The notes beneath the pieces were generated by a model that saw only the letters and a list, made by a program, of their open reading frames with translations, ran no database searches and was not told the DNA's origin. DNA of 46,246 nucleotides, from NCBI GenBank assembly GCA_009927255.1, contig RFNJ01000125.1, positions 1 to 46,246 of the forward strand, given 5' to 3'. Of the stretch, positions 25,147 through 35,980 are shown one piece after another. The translations under genes and the position numbers were made by a program. This stretch comes from Pseudomonadota bacterium. Its GTDB lineage: Bacteria; Pseudomonadota; Alphaproteobacteria; UBA2136; UBA6156. The stretch's first letter is position 1. Every line of letters starts with the position of its first letter.

Positions 25147-25890
25147 TTATATCTGTTCAATTAAATCTGCTACGGGTACTGGCTGGCTGTTTGGCTGGGT
25201 GTTGTAGTCGAATACTGCAACTTTGGCGAGCAGGGCTAAGCCTGCCAACAATAGCACGAGCGCGGCAAAACGCACGAGCCATGGCATCCAGCGTTCGGCA
25301 TGGCCACTTTTGCGGACACGGTTGGCGATGAAAAGCGCCACAAGCCACATGATGGCTAGGCCCACTAAATGCCCGATGACGACAAGTAAGCCATCGAGCA
25401 TGCCATCCATGCGACGGGTGATGCCTAAAAAGGCCATCATTGCCACGACTCCAGCTAAATTATTAGGGCTAAAAAGGGCTACTTTAAAAGCTAAAATGCC
25501 CGAAAGTTGTACCCCAAGCTTAGGGATTTGTGGCCAGAGCATTAAATAGGAGCCAAAACCGGCTAAAAATAAGCCCACCAAGAGTTCGAGTGCGGCGGGG
25601 GGGTGGCCCAGCAGAGCTTGGAAATAAAGGCCCATTCCTACGGCTGCGACGATGATGATGAGCTCAGCCAGTAAGCAGCCGAATGCTACGGCTTTGGCGG
25701 CGCGGCGCTGGCCGGCCATCATGTAAAGCATACCAGTGGCGCCCACCGGGCCAAGGGGGATGGCGGTCATCAGGCCCATCAACACTGCTAGCAAAAATAC
25801 AGTTACCATCCCCCAGCCATAAACCAGCCAGCCCAATTCCTCAATCCCCTTAACAAACGCCAAAGCCTGTGCCATAAGCAGCTGGCCCAT
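25147..25890 (-). CDS. Polytopic membrane protein, LysE/RhtB-like
   Basis: About 6-7 hydrophobic helices. The first helix is followed by an IPLGPVG loop resembling the LysE-superfamily (S/I)PGP motif. The family call is tentative. Confidence 0.4.
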   Translation of the reverse strand: MGQLLMAQALAFVKGIEELGWLVYGWGMVTVFLLAVLMGLMTAIPLGPVGATGMLYMMAGQRRAAKAVAFGCLLAELIIIVAAVGMGLYFQALLGHPPAALELLVGLFLAGFGSYLMLWPQIPKLGVQLSGILAFKVALFSPNNLAGVVAMMAFLGITRRMDGMLDGLLVVIGHLVGLAIMWLVALFIANRVRKSGHAERWMPWLVRFAALVLLLAGLALLAKVAVFDYNTQPNSQPVPVADLIEQI

Positions 25891-25899
25891 AAATGGTGT

Positions 25900-25984
25900 G
25901 CGGATGTGGCGAAATTGGCAGACGCATCAGGTTTAGGTCCTGACGCCGCAAGGCGTGGGGGTTCAAGTCCCTCCATCCGCACCA
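25900..25984 (+). tRNA. tRNA-Leu (anticodon UAG)
   Basis: Acceptor GCGGATG/CATCCGC, long variable arm (CGCCGCAAGGCGTG), anticodon loop with TAG, encoded CCA. 85 nt. Confidence 0.85.
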
Positions 25985-26300
25985 GTCGCACCAAAGGTGC
26001 GCTAACCCAAAAACGCGCCACGGCGCAAAGCGCCCAAGGCGCCCCTTCAAAGTGCAAAATGCCGCACAAGCAAAGGCAAGCCAACGCACCCACATACCTG
26101 AATTACCACACCCCTCCGCCAAATCAGCGCCCCACCCCTTGCCCCCCCCACAGCCCACCCCCTACCCTACCCACGCCTGCTTAGAAAACAGGCACACTGA
26201 CCGGAGCATAAAAACAACCGAATAAACCACCGGTGACGAGGTTTCTTTCCGCAAGAGGGGAACCGTAACAAACGTCTAATCCCCCGAAAAAGAGGTAGGT

Positions 26301-26331
26301 CAAAAAAAATCAAACCACCCACGGGGGGTTT
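26301..26331 (-). terminator. Rho-independent terminator of ligA
   Basis: On the - strand, a hairpin aaaccccccgtgggtggttt is followed by gattttttttg, immediately after the ligA stop. Confidence 0.6.
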
Positions 26332-26334
26332 CTT

Positions 26335-28410
<2,076 letters not shown>

Positions 28411-28537
28411 TTACCACACCCACTTGAAACCACCAAAAACATAAGTTAATAAAAGGGCCGTTCGGCAGCGGCCCACCCAACCACCCCGCTGCCGGACTTT
28501 TTTGTTTCTTTCATTCATCAACCAGCCCTCCCTACCC

Positions 28538-28566
28538 TTGACAATCAACTTGCTAGCAAGCATAAG
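28538..28566 (+). promoter_or_regulatory. Sigma70-like promoter candidate for tRNA-Val
   Basis: TTGACA (28538-28543), a 17-nt spacer, then CATAAG (28561-28566), 12 nt before the tRNA 5' end. The spacer contains the perfect palindrome CTTGCTAGCAAG. Confidence 0.4.
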
Positions 28567-28578
28567 CGGCGCTGTTAC

Positions 28579-28653
28579 GGGAAGTTAGCTCAGCGGTAGA
28601 GCACAGCATTCACATTGCTGGGGTCATAGGTTCAAATCCTATACTTCCCACCA
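28579..28653 (+). tRNA. tRNA-Val (anticodon CAC)
   Basis: Acceptor GGGAAGT/ACTTCCC, anticodon loop TTCACAT, T-loop GGTTCAAATCC, encoded CCA. 75 nt. Confidence 0.85.
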
Positions 28654-28718
28654 GCATTTTTTGCTTTGTGAACAAAGTGAACTTAGCAAAAAAGCTGCCC
28701 CAGCTTAGGCTGGGGCCC
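28654..28718. repeat. Copy of the palindromic repeat family, inverted relative to the 18.6-kb array, abutting the tRNA-Val 3' end
   Basis: gcattttttgctttgtgaacaaagtgaacttagcaaaaaagctg + gccccagc-ttag-gctggggc aligns with the reverse complement of unit 3 at 18781-18846. It has the same position and orientation relative to the tRNA CCA end. Confidence 0.75.
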
Positions 28719-28749
28719 ACGTCCCTCCAACTTTTCCAAAAAGGCCCCC

Positions 28750-30672
28750 ATGCTCACCATCTCCAACCTCACCTACCGCATTGCCGGCCGCACGATTCTC
28801 GAAAACACCAGTGCCGTGGTGCAGCAGGGCTGGAAAGTTGGCGTGGTTGGCCCGAATGGTGCGGGGAAATCCACGCTGTTCAAGCTGATTGCCGGCGAAC
28901 TCCATGCCGACAGCGGCGAGATTCAACTTGCTAGCCAGCACACCATCGGCATGGTGCGCCAAGATATCCGCGCCGATGACACGCCCCTGCTAGATATTGT
29001 GCTAGAGGCCGACACCGAGCGCACCGAATTGCTGAAAGCCGCCGAAACCGAAGCCGACCCCTACAAAATTGCCGATATTTACACCCGCCTGGGCGAAATT
29101 GATGCCTATGCCGCCCCCGCCCGCGCCAGCACCATTCTCGCGGGCCTTGGGTTTAAGGAGACCGACCTCTCCCAACCGATCAAAGCCTTCTCGGGCGGCT
29201 GGCGGATGCGCGTCGCACTCGCCGCCGCACTGTTCCAACAGCCCGATTTTTTGTTGCTCGATGAACCGACTAACCACCTCGATTTGGAAGCCATTATGTG
29301 GCTGGAAAACTACCTGCAAACCTACCCCAAAACCATCCTGATTATCTCCCACGACCGCGACCTGCTCAACACCTGCATCACCCACGTGATTCACGTTGAG
29401 AACCAAAAGCTTACCGCCTACACCGGCAACTATAACAGCTTTGAGCGCGAGCGTGCCGAAAAGCTGATGAGCCAGCAAAAACTGCACGAAAAACAGCAAG
29501 CCCAGCGCGCCCACATGCAAGCGTTTGTGGATCGGTTCAAGGCCAAAGCCAGCAAAGCCAAACAAGCACAAAGCCGCCTGAAAGCGCTGGAAAAAATGGA
29601 CGTGGTGGATGCCGTGATGGCCGAACGCACCGTCAAATTCACCTTCCCGCAGCCCGAAGAGCTGGCACCGCCCATTCTTAGCGTGTTCGAAGCCGACATT
29701 GGCTACACCCCCGGCAAACCGGTGCTGCGCGGTGTGGATGAACGAATTGATATGGATGATCGCATTGCGCTGTTGGGCGCCAACGGCAACGGTAAATCCA
29801 CCCTCATCAAGCTCATCGCTGGCAAGCTGGAGCCACTCAAAGGCAGCACCGCCAAGTCCTCCAAACTGCGCATCGGCTACTTCTCGCAGCATCAAGCCGA
29901 AGAGCTGGATGTGAGTGAAACCCCCTACCAAGCGATGGCCCGCGTAGTCGGCAGCAGCGGCGCCAACGCCGTGGCCACCACGCGTGAATCCGCCGTGCGC
30001 GCCATTTTGGGCCGCTTTGGCTTTAGCAAGCCCTTGGCCGATAACCGCATCAGCAGCCTCAGCGGTGGTGAAAAAGCCCGTCTGCTGTTTGCATTAATGA
30101 GCTACAACGCCCCCCATCTGCTGCTGCTGGATGAACCGACCAACCACCTCGATATGGATACCCGCGAAGCCCTGGTGCAAGCACTCAACGCCTATCAAGG
30201 CGCCGTCATCATCGTCAGCCACGACCCCTCCATGGTGGAGCGCGTAGCGGATCGGCTCTGGCTGGTCAGCAACGGCAGCGTCCAACCGTTCGATGGCGAC
30301 CTTGCCGCCTACCGCCAACACATCGTCACCCAACGCCGGCAAGAAAAACGCGACCAGAAATCAGCAAGTCAGGCCGCCAGCAGCAGCGCGGTAAGCACCG
30401 AACCCACCCCCAGCAAAAAAGAGCAGCAAGCCGCCCTCAAAGCCAAACGTCAACGCCACCCCAAACTCCACGAAGCCATCCAACTCGCCGAAAAGAACCT
30501 CAGCAAACTTACCCGCGAACAAAAAGAAACCGAATTGGCGTTGGCCGCACCCAACCTGCCCAAATCCGAACTCAAAGACCTCCAATTCACCTACGCGAAT
30601 TTACAAAAGGAAATTGAGGAGGCGGAGGCCGAACTCCTTCAAGCCATGGAAGCGTTTGATAACGCCAGCTAG
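28750..30672 (+). CDS. ABC-F family ATPase (two ABC domains, no TM; Uup/YheS-like with a C-terminal coiled coil)
   Basis: Two Walker A motifs (GPNGAGKST, GANGNGKST), two signatures (FSGGWRMR, LSGGEKAR), two Walker B motifs (LLLDEPTNHLD twice), an inter-domain linker and a Lys/Glu-rich tail. Confidence 0.9.
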   Translation: MLTISNLTYRIAGRTILENTSAVVQQGWKVGVVGPNGAGKSTLFKLIAGELHADSGEIQLASQHTIGMVRQDIRADDTPLLDIVLEADTERTELLKAAETEADPYKIADIYTRLGEIDAYAAPARASTILAGLGFKETDLSQPIKAFSGGWRMRVALAAALFQQPDFLLLDEPTNHLDLEAIMWLENYLQTYPKTILIISHDRDLLNTCITHVIHVENQKLTAYTGNYNSFERERAEKLMSQQKLHEKQQAQRAHMQAFVDRFKAKASKAKQAQSRLKALEKMDVVDAVMAERTVKFTFPQPEELAPPILSVFEADIGYTPGKPVLRGVDERIDMDDRIALLGANGNGKSTLIKLIAGKLEPLKGSTAKSSKLRIGYFSQHQAEELDVSETPYQAMARVVGSSGANAVATTRESAVRAILGRFGFSKPLADNRISSLSGGEKARLLFALMSYNAPHLLLLDEPTNHLDMDTREALVQALNAYQGAVIIVSHDPSMVERVADRLWLVSNGSVQPFDGDLAAYRQHIVTQRRQEKRDQKSASQAASSSAVSTEPTPSKKEQQAALKAKRQRHPKLHEAIQLAEKNLSKLTREQKETELALAAPNLPKSELKDLQFTYANLQKEIEEAEAELLQAMEAFDNAS

Positions 30673-31412
30673 ACTTGGTTTTTATCGCCTAAAATCCGCA
30701 CCAGGCTAACTTTGCCGCTGCCGCGCTTGGCGGCTGTGGGTTGATTGATGCTGGGCCTTAGGCCGTGGGCGTAGATGACTTCGAGGGTGAGGGGGAGGCG
30801 GCCGTCGGGGCGTTTGAATAATTGCGTGTAGGCTTGTTCCATGGCTTGCAGCTTGCGTGGGGTGAGGAGCCCTTGATGCCTGCCGGTAAATACGTTGCGG
30901 AGGCCTTCGCGGCGCAGGAAGCTATAAAGTGCAGTAAAGGTGGGGAAGGTGAGGGTGATGATGTCGCGGTCCACCACCGGCAGTGCGAGTTTGATTTTTT
31001 GCAATAGTCCGCCGACTTCGCGGACATCGGTGAGGGGGATGATGTGACCGTGGGGTTCGCCGATTTCTGTCCATGCGGCTCTAAATTCGCGAAAGCTTTC
31101 CATCCCCAACACGCTGATGAGGAGCACGCCATCTGCGCGGAGGCTGCGGACCATTTGGTGCAAGGCGAGGGGGACATCGTTGACGACACTGAGCCAGAGT
31201 GGGCAGAGGATGGCGTCGAGCTCTGTTTCTACAGCAAAATTATCGGTGAGTATTTCTTTTTCCACCCAGTGCCGCTTTTCCCCAAGTGCTACCATTTCAT
31301 CTAGCCGCTCGGCGAGGCGGCGTTTGAGTTCTGCCCATACCTCACCTTCGGCATTTTTATGCCCAAGTTTGTGGCGCACCAGCGCGGAGTTGAAGGGGAC
31401 ATCTGGCATCAT
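30669..31412 (-). CDS. Methyltransferase-like protein (BioC/NDUFAF5-like alphaproteobacterial family), apparently lacking the SAM-binding motif I region
   Basis: 247 aa from MMPDVPFNSALVRHK. The C-terminal two thirds (LWLSVVNDVP..L.QM.R.LR.DG.L....G..SF.E.R....) fit my memory of the family found next to comF. The N-terminal GxGxG segment seems absent. The upstream 60 codons of the tracked ORF are rejected. Confidence 0.5.
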   Translation of the reverse strand: MMPDVPFNSALVRHKLGHKNAEGEVWAELKRRLAERLDEMVALGEKRHWVEKEILTDNFAVETELDAILCPLWLSVVNDVPLALHQMVRSLRADGVLLISVLGMESFREFRAAWTEIGEPHGHIIPLTDVREVGGLLQKIKLALPVVDRDIITLTFPTFTALYSFLRREGLRNVFTGRHQGLLTPRKLQAMEQAYTQLFKRPDGRLPLTLEVIYAHGLRPSINQPTAAKRGSGKVSLVRILGDKNQV

Positions 31413-31418
31413 GGGCGC

Positions 31419-32093
31419 ATGGTATCTGCGCTGACGCAAATCTACAATCACTTGATGGCGTTGGCGCTGCCGAATAGCTGCCCGTGTTGTCATGCAGCGC
31501 TTTCGCCCCACCACGGCGGTGGTTTGTGCCCACCGTGCTATGCCAAGCTGCCGTGGTGGAATATGGGGATGATTCTGGCGCCGCAGTTGCATCGTTTGAT
31601 TGATAGTTATGCGGCGCCGTGCCTTTATGAATTACCGCTGCGGCCGCTGTTGTTGCAGTTTAAGTTTTCGGATGCGACGCATCTTTCGGCAATTTTGGCG
31701 CGTTTATTGTTGCCGGTGGTGCCGCGTCATTTACCCAATAGCTTGATTATTCCGGTGCCGAGCCATGCGGCGCGGTTGCGTTGGCGTACATATAGCCACA
31801 CTGTGCTGTTGGCGCGGCAGCTGAGCCAGTTGAGTGGTATTCCCCAGCATTCTGTGGCGTTGCGGCGGGTTCAGGGTGGTTTGCCGCAGGCAGAACTGAC
31901 GCGGGCGCAGCGGCTTAAGCTGAGTGGCAGTAGTTTTGCGGCTAACCCGTTGATTATTCATGGAAATAATATCATTTTGATTGATGATATTTTGACTACG
32001 GGTACGACCGCCAAGGCTTGTACGTTGGCGCTGAAGCGAGCGGGAGCGGCACAGGTGCATGTGCGGACGGTTGCTTATACGCGGCCAGAGTAG
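31419..32093 (+). CDS. comF: ComF family phosphoribosyltransferase-domain protein
   Basis: N-terminal CPCC...CPPC zinc-finger-like pairs and the PRPP motif IILIDDILTTGTT. The start is uncertain: 31419 or the tracked 31359. Confidence 0.7.
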   Translation: MVSALTQIYNHLMALALPNSCPCCHAALSPHHGGGLCPPCYAKLPWWNMGMILAPQLHRLIDSYAAPCLYELPLRPLLLQFKFSDATHLSAILARLLLPVVPRHLPNSLIIPVPSHAARLRWRTYSHTVLLARQLSQLSGIPQHSVALRRVQGGLPQAELTRAQRLKLSGSSFAANPLIIHGNNIILIDDILTTGTTAKACTLALKRAGAAQVHVRTVAYTRPE

Positions 32094-32096
32094 AGG

Positions 32097-32126
32097 CATA
32101 AAAACAGGCGGCCTTGCGGCCGCCTG
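32097..32126 (-). terminator. Terminator hairpin between the convergent comF and micro-ORF genes
   Basis: caggcggcc-ttgc-ggccgcctg stem. On the - strand it is followed by ttttta. Confidence 0.6.
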
Positions 32127-32141
32127 CCTCCTGTTAGAAGT

Positions 32142-32249
32142 TTACTGGAAATACACCCACCCACGCTGGAAAGCGTAGGCCCACCAAGCCAAATACCCAC
32201 CGATGATGAGCGTTGGGAGAATGGGGAGGGAGTATTTGTAGAAGCGCAT
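32142..32249 (-). CDS. 35-aa hydrophobic micro-protein MRFYKYSLPILPTLIIGGYLAWWAYAFQRGWVYFQ
   Basis: AGGAG SD 7 nt upstream of the ATG, a single predicted TM and a terminator directly downstream. It is in a different frame from the tracked 107-aa ORF 32134..32457, which looks compositional. Confidence 0.4.
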   Translation of the reverse strand: MRFYKYSLPILPTLIIGGYLAWWAYAFQRGWVYFQ

Positions 32250-32512
32250 TTTCTGCTCCTTTGAGTTTTTCGGGCATGATTGCCTTACGCAAACGCAACG
32301 ACGCAAGATGGTACGCAACTACATGGTTTATTATGGGGCGCGAGAGGGTGTTTTGCGAGGGGGCGCTTATGGGGTGGGCAGCGATGGTGGGGGAGGGGGC
32401 TTGCTTGTGCGTGCGTTGAGGGGCAGCATGGAGGTAAGAAAAAAAGCCTCTTGTCACTCACGTACTTTGAGTGCTAAGGTGGGCGCATAACAAGACAAGG
32501 TGTTTGTATTTC

Positions 32513-35041
32513 ATGGCGCGTCATCCTGCTCCTGCTAAGGCTTCGGCTAACCAACTGCCGGTTTTGCCGTTGCGCAATATTGTGGTGTTTCCCCACATGA
32601 TTGTGCCGCTGTTTGTGGGCCGCGAGAAGAGTGTGAAGGCGCTGGAAGAGGTGATGAACCTGAATAAGCAAATTATTTTGGTGACCCAGCGTGATGAAGC
32701 CCAAGATGAGCCGGATGTGGAGGGGGTTTATCGGGTGGGGTGTTTGGGGAATGTGCTGCAAATGCTGAAGCTGCCGGATGGTACGGTGAAGGTTTTGGTG
32801 GAGGGGCAAACCCGCGTGCGGCTGACCGATGTGAAAGATATTGGCACGATGTTTATGGCCAATGCCGAGACATTTTTGGAGCGCCAAGGTGAAGAAGAAG
32901 AGCTGGATGCGTTGGTGCGCACGGTGGTGGCGGAATTTGAGGAATATGTGAAATTGAATAAAAAAATTCCGCCAGAGGTTTTGGTGAGCTTGGCGGCGAT
33001 TGAGGAGCCGACCCGTTTGGCTGATACCATTGCCAGCCACTTGAACTTGAAAATTGACCAAAAGCAGGAGCTTTTGGAGCTGGACTTGGTGGATGATCGC
33101 TTGGAGAAGCTTTACCAATTTATGGAGAATGAGATTGGCTTGCTGCAGGTGGAGCGGAAGATTAGGACGCGGGTGAAGAAGCAGATGGAGAAGAGCCAGC
33201 GCGAATATTATTTGAATGAGCAGATGAAGGCGATTCAGAAAGAGCTGGGTGATGGCGAAGAAGGCGATTTTGCTGATTATGACAAGAAACTGAAAGAGCT
33301 GAAGCTGAGCAAGGAAGCCAAGGAGAAGGCGGAGACGGAGCTGAAGAAGCTGCGGATGATGAGCCCCATGAGTGCAGAAGCAACGGTGGTGCGGAATTAT
33401 TTGGATGTGCTGTTTGGTTTGCCGTGGGGCAAAAAGACCAAGCTGAAGAAAGACTTGGCGTTTGCCGAAAAAGTGCTGGATGAAGACCACTTTGGCTTGG
33501 AAAAAGTGAAAGAGCGGATTGTGGAATATTTGGCCGTGCAGCAGCGGGTGGATAAGCTGAAAGGGCCGATTTTGTGTTTGGTGGGGCCTCCTGGTGTGGG
33601 GAAAACCAGTTTGGCTGAGAGCATTGCCAAGGCGACGGGGCGCACCTATGTGCGGATGGCGTTGGGTGGCGTGCGTGATGAGGCTGAGATTCGGGGCCAC
33701 CGCCGTACTTATATTGGAGCTTTGCCGGGCAAGATTATTCAGAACTTAAAAAAGACTGGCAGCATGAACCCGCTGTTTTTGCTGGATGAGATTGATAAGC
33801 TTGGGCAGGATTTTAGGGGTGATCCATCTTCGGCGTTGTTGGAAGTGCTTGATCCGGCGCAGAACCATACGTTCCAAGACCATTATTTGGAGCTGGATTT
33901 TGATCTTTCCGACGTGCTGTTTATTTGTACGAGCAATAGCTTGAATATCCCGCCGGCGTTGCGGGATCGGATGGAGATTATTCGGCTAGCTGGTTATACT
34001 GAAGAGGAAAAAGTTGAGATTGCGATGCGCCACCTGATGCCCAAGGCGATGGAGGAAAATGGCTTGAAGAAAGGCGAAGTGACGATTGGGGCGGAAGTGG
34101 TGCGGGATATTATCCGCTACTATACCCGTGAGGCTGGTGTGCGGAGCCTTAAGCGCAGCATTGATGCGTTGTGCCGTAAGGCGGTGAAGGAGATTTTGAC
34201 CGCGGGGGCGAAGGCGAATCGGGTTGCTAAAGGTGATTCTAAGAAGGTTGCAAAGAGTGTGGCGAAAGGTGCCGTTAAAAGTGAAGGTAGGGCGAGTAAA
34301 GCTGGTGCGATTACGGTGACGGCGAAGAATTTGGACCATTATCTTGGCGTGCGGCAGTTTACTTATGGTGTGAAGGATGCTGAAGACCAGATTGGGGTGG
34401 TGACAGGCTTGGCGTGGACCGAAGTTGGTGGTGATATTCTGCCGATTGAGGCCACGGTGCTGGATGGTAAGGGTAAGCTTTTGACCACGGGTAAGTTGGG
34501 TGAGGTGATGACCGAGAGCATTCAGGCGGCGCAGAGCTATGTGCGGCGGCGTGCTGATGAGATGAAGATTCCGCATAATTTTTATGAGAAGAAGGATATT
34601 CATATTCACGTGCCTGACGGAGCGACACCGAAAGATGGCCCCAGTGCTGGCCTGGCGATGGTGACGGCGTTGGTGAGTGTGCTGACCGGCATTGCGGTGC
34701 GCAATGATATTGCGATGACGGGTGAGGTATCACTTCGTGGCCGTGCGATGCAGATTGGTGGCCTGAAAGAAAAGCTGCTGGCGGCGTTGCGGGCGGGGAT
34801 TACCACGGTGTTTATTCCGCGCGAGAATGTGAAAGACTTGGCGGAAATGCCGAAGGTTATTATGGATGGGCTGAAGATTATTCCGGTGGATAATGTGGAT
34901 GAAGTGCTGGTGCAGGCGCTGGTGCGGAATCCGTTTGGGGGCAAAGGTGGTGCCCAAAAACCAAGGATGAAGCTGAAGCCGAAAGTTGCCAAAGTGAAGC
35001 CAGTAGCACGTGGACGTGAGCGCGTGGGTGTGCGCGTGTAG
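32513..35041 (+). CDS. lon: ATP-dependent protease Lon
   Basis: LPVLPLRNIVVFPHMIVPLFVGREKS N-domain, Walker A GPPGVGKTS, Walker B LLDEIDK, and protease Ser in PKDGPSAG. The ATG at 32513 gives the canonical N-terminus. Confidence 0.95.
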   Translation: MARHPAPAKASANQLPVLPLRNIVVFPHMIVPLFVGREKSVKALEEVMNLNKQIILVTQRDEAQDEPDVEGVYRVGCLGNVLQMLKLPDGTVKVLVEGQTRVRLTDVKDIGTMFMANAETFLERQGEEEELDALVRTVVAEFEEYVKLNKKIPPEVLVSLAAIEEPTRLADTIASHLNLKIDQKQELLELDLVDDRLEKLYQFMENEIGLLQVERKIRTRVKKQMEKSQREYYLNEQMKAIQKELGDGEEGDFADYDKKLKELKLSKEAKEKAETELKKLRMMSPMSAEATVVRNYLDVLFGLPWGKKTKLKKDLAFAEKVLDEDHFGLEKVKERIVEYLAVQQRVDKLKGPILCLVGPPGVGKTSLAESIAKATGRTYVRMALGGVRDEAEIRGHRRTYIGALPGKIIQNLKKTGSMNPLFLLDEIDKLGQDFRGDPSSALLEVLDPAQNHTFQDHYLELDFDLSDVLFICTSNSLNIPPALRDRMEIIRLAGYTEEEKVEIAMRHLMPKAMEENGLKKGEVTIGAEVVRDIIRYYTREAGVRSLKRSIDALCRKAVKEILTAGAKANRVAKGDSKKVAKSVAKGAVKSEGRASKAGAITVTAKNLDHYLGVRQFTYGVKDAEDQIGVVTGLAWTEVGGDILPIEATVLDGKGKLLTTGKLGEVMTESIQAAQSYVRRRADEMKIPHNFYEKKDIHIHVPDGATPKDGPSAGLAMVTALVSVLTGIAVRNDIAMTGEVSLRGRAMQIGGLKEKLLAALRAGITTVFIPRENVKDLAEMPKVIMDGLKIIPVDNVDEVLVQALVRNPFGGKGGAQKPRMKLKPKVAKVKPVARGRERVGVRV

Positions 35042-35060
35042 GTGGCTTTAATGTGGGGAG

Positions 35061-35090
35061 AAAAAATCCGGCCTGAGCCGGATTTTTTTT
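35061..35090 (+). terminator. Rho-independent terminator after lon
   Basis: aaaaaatccggc-ctga-gccggatttttt is a perfect stem with a T-run. Its symmetry means it could act in both directions. Confidence 0.8.
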
Positions 35091-35239
35091 GTGAAGTTGA
35101 GAAGATGGTGGAGGCTTTTGATTCAAGTTAATGAAAAGATAAGATAAGATGTTTGTGTGGTGATTTTGGGTGATGCGTGAGAACGAAAAAATGGCGGTTG
35201 GGCAAGAAAAAAAACGTGACAAATTTTTGGTGCGCGTGC

Positions 35240-35268
35240 TTGACAGTGCGGAAATCCGGCCATCTAAT
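35240..35268 (+). promoter_or_regulatory. Sigma70-like promoter candidate for hupB
   Basis: TTGACA (35240-35245), a 17-nt spacer, then TCTAAT (35263-35268), about 85 nt upstream of the hupB ATG. Confidence 0.4.
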
Positions 35269-35353
35269 TGCGCTAACCCACGACTAGCCAAGCTGGCTGT
35301 GGAGTTCCGGATGCTCATATCCGGCACATGAACCAAGGTAAAAGGAACCACCC

Positions 35354-35626
35354 ATGAACAAACAAGAGCTGATTAGCAAAATTGCTGATTCTGCCAAGTG
35401 CACCAAGACCGAAGCTGGTAACGTTGTTGACAGCTTTATTGACGTGATCACCAAGACCTTGAAGAAGGGCGGCGAAGTGCGTCTGACTGGCTTTGGCACG
35501 TTCTGCACCACCAAGCGCAAGGCCACCACGGGCCGTAACCCCCGCACTGGCGCGCCAATTAAGATTGCCGCTAGCACCCAGCCGAAATTCCGTGCTGGTA
35601 AGAGCCTGCGCGACAGCGTGAACTAA
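35354..35626 (+). CDS. hupB: DNA-binding protein HU
   Basis: 90 aa. MNKQELISKIA...GFGTF....R.A..GRNPRTG..I.I.A...P.F.AGK is the canonical HU signature. Confidence 0.95.
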   Translation: MNKQELISKIADSAKCTKTEAGNVVDSFIDVITKTLKKGGEVRLTGFGTFCTTKRKATTGRNPRTGAPIKIAASTQPKFRAGKSLRDSVN

Positions 35627-35647
35627 GCCGTTTTTTGGTTTAGGAAG

Positions 35648-35670
35648 GCCGCCTTTGGGCGGCTTTTTTG
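35648..35670 (+). terminator. Rho-independent terminator after hupB
   Basis: gccgcc-tttg-ggcggc stem followed by tttttt. Confidence 0.75.
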
Positions 35671-35879
35671 GATTTTTAGGGGTATTTTAAATGTTTTGAG
35701 GTGGTTTATTTATTTTGAGGTGATTTGGGTGGTAAATGGGTGGGTGGAAGCGGGTTTTGGGGTGGGATTTTAGGATTTATTTAAGGTGGATTTGGTATTT
35801 ATTTGGGGGTGATTTGGGATTTTTTAGCATGTGGGGGGAGTGGAGTTGGGGTGGGGACGTGGCTGGTTTGGGGTGGAAA

Positions 35880-35955
35880 TGGTGGGCGACGAGAGACTCG
35901 AACTCCCGACCCTCTCCGTGTAAAGGAGACGCTCTACCAACTGAGCTAGTCGCCC
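35880..35955 (-). tRNA. tRNA-Val (anticodon UAC)
   Basis: Reverse-complement cloverleaf: acceptor GGGCGAC/GTCGCCC, anticodon loop TTTACAC, T-loop GGTTCGAGTC-like, encoded CCA. 76 nt. Confidence 0.85.
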
Positions 35956-35980
35956 GGGGATATTCTACTAGCCGGGTCGC

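Noticed and set aside
26190-26300. A possible small RNA or riboswitch in the C+A-rich spacer between tRNA-Leu and ligA, with hairpins at 25988-26004 and several gcgcc..ggcgc mini-hairpins.
   Set aside because: It bears no resemblance to any RNA family I can recognise, and the structures are short. This is more likely the complementary-strand version of the G+T spacers seen elsewhere.
32400-32512. A heat-shock (RpoH-type) promoter upstream of lon.
   Set aside because: A CTTG is present (ctcttgtcac), but I could not find a convincing CCTATNT-like -10 at the right spacing. It is not reported as a feature.
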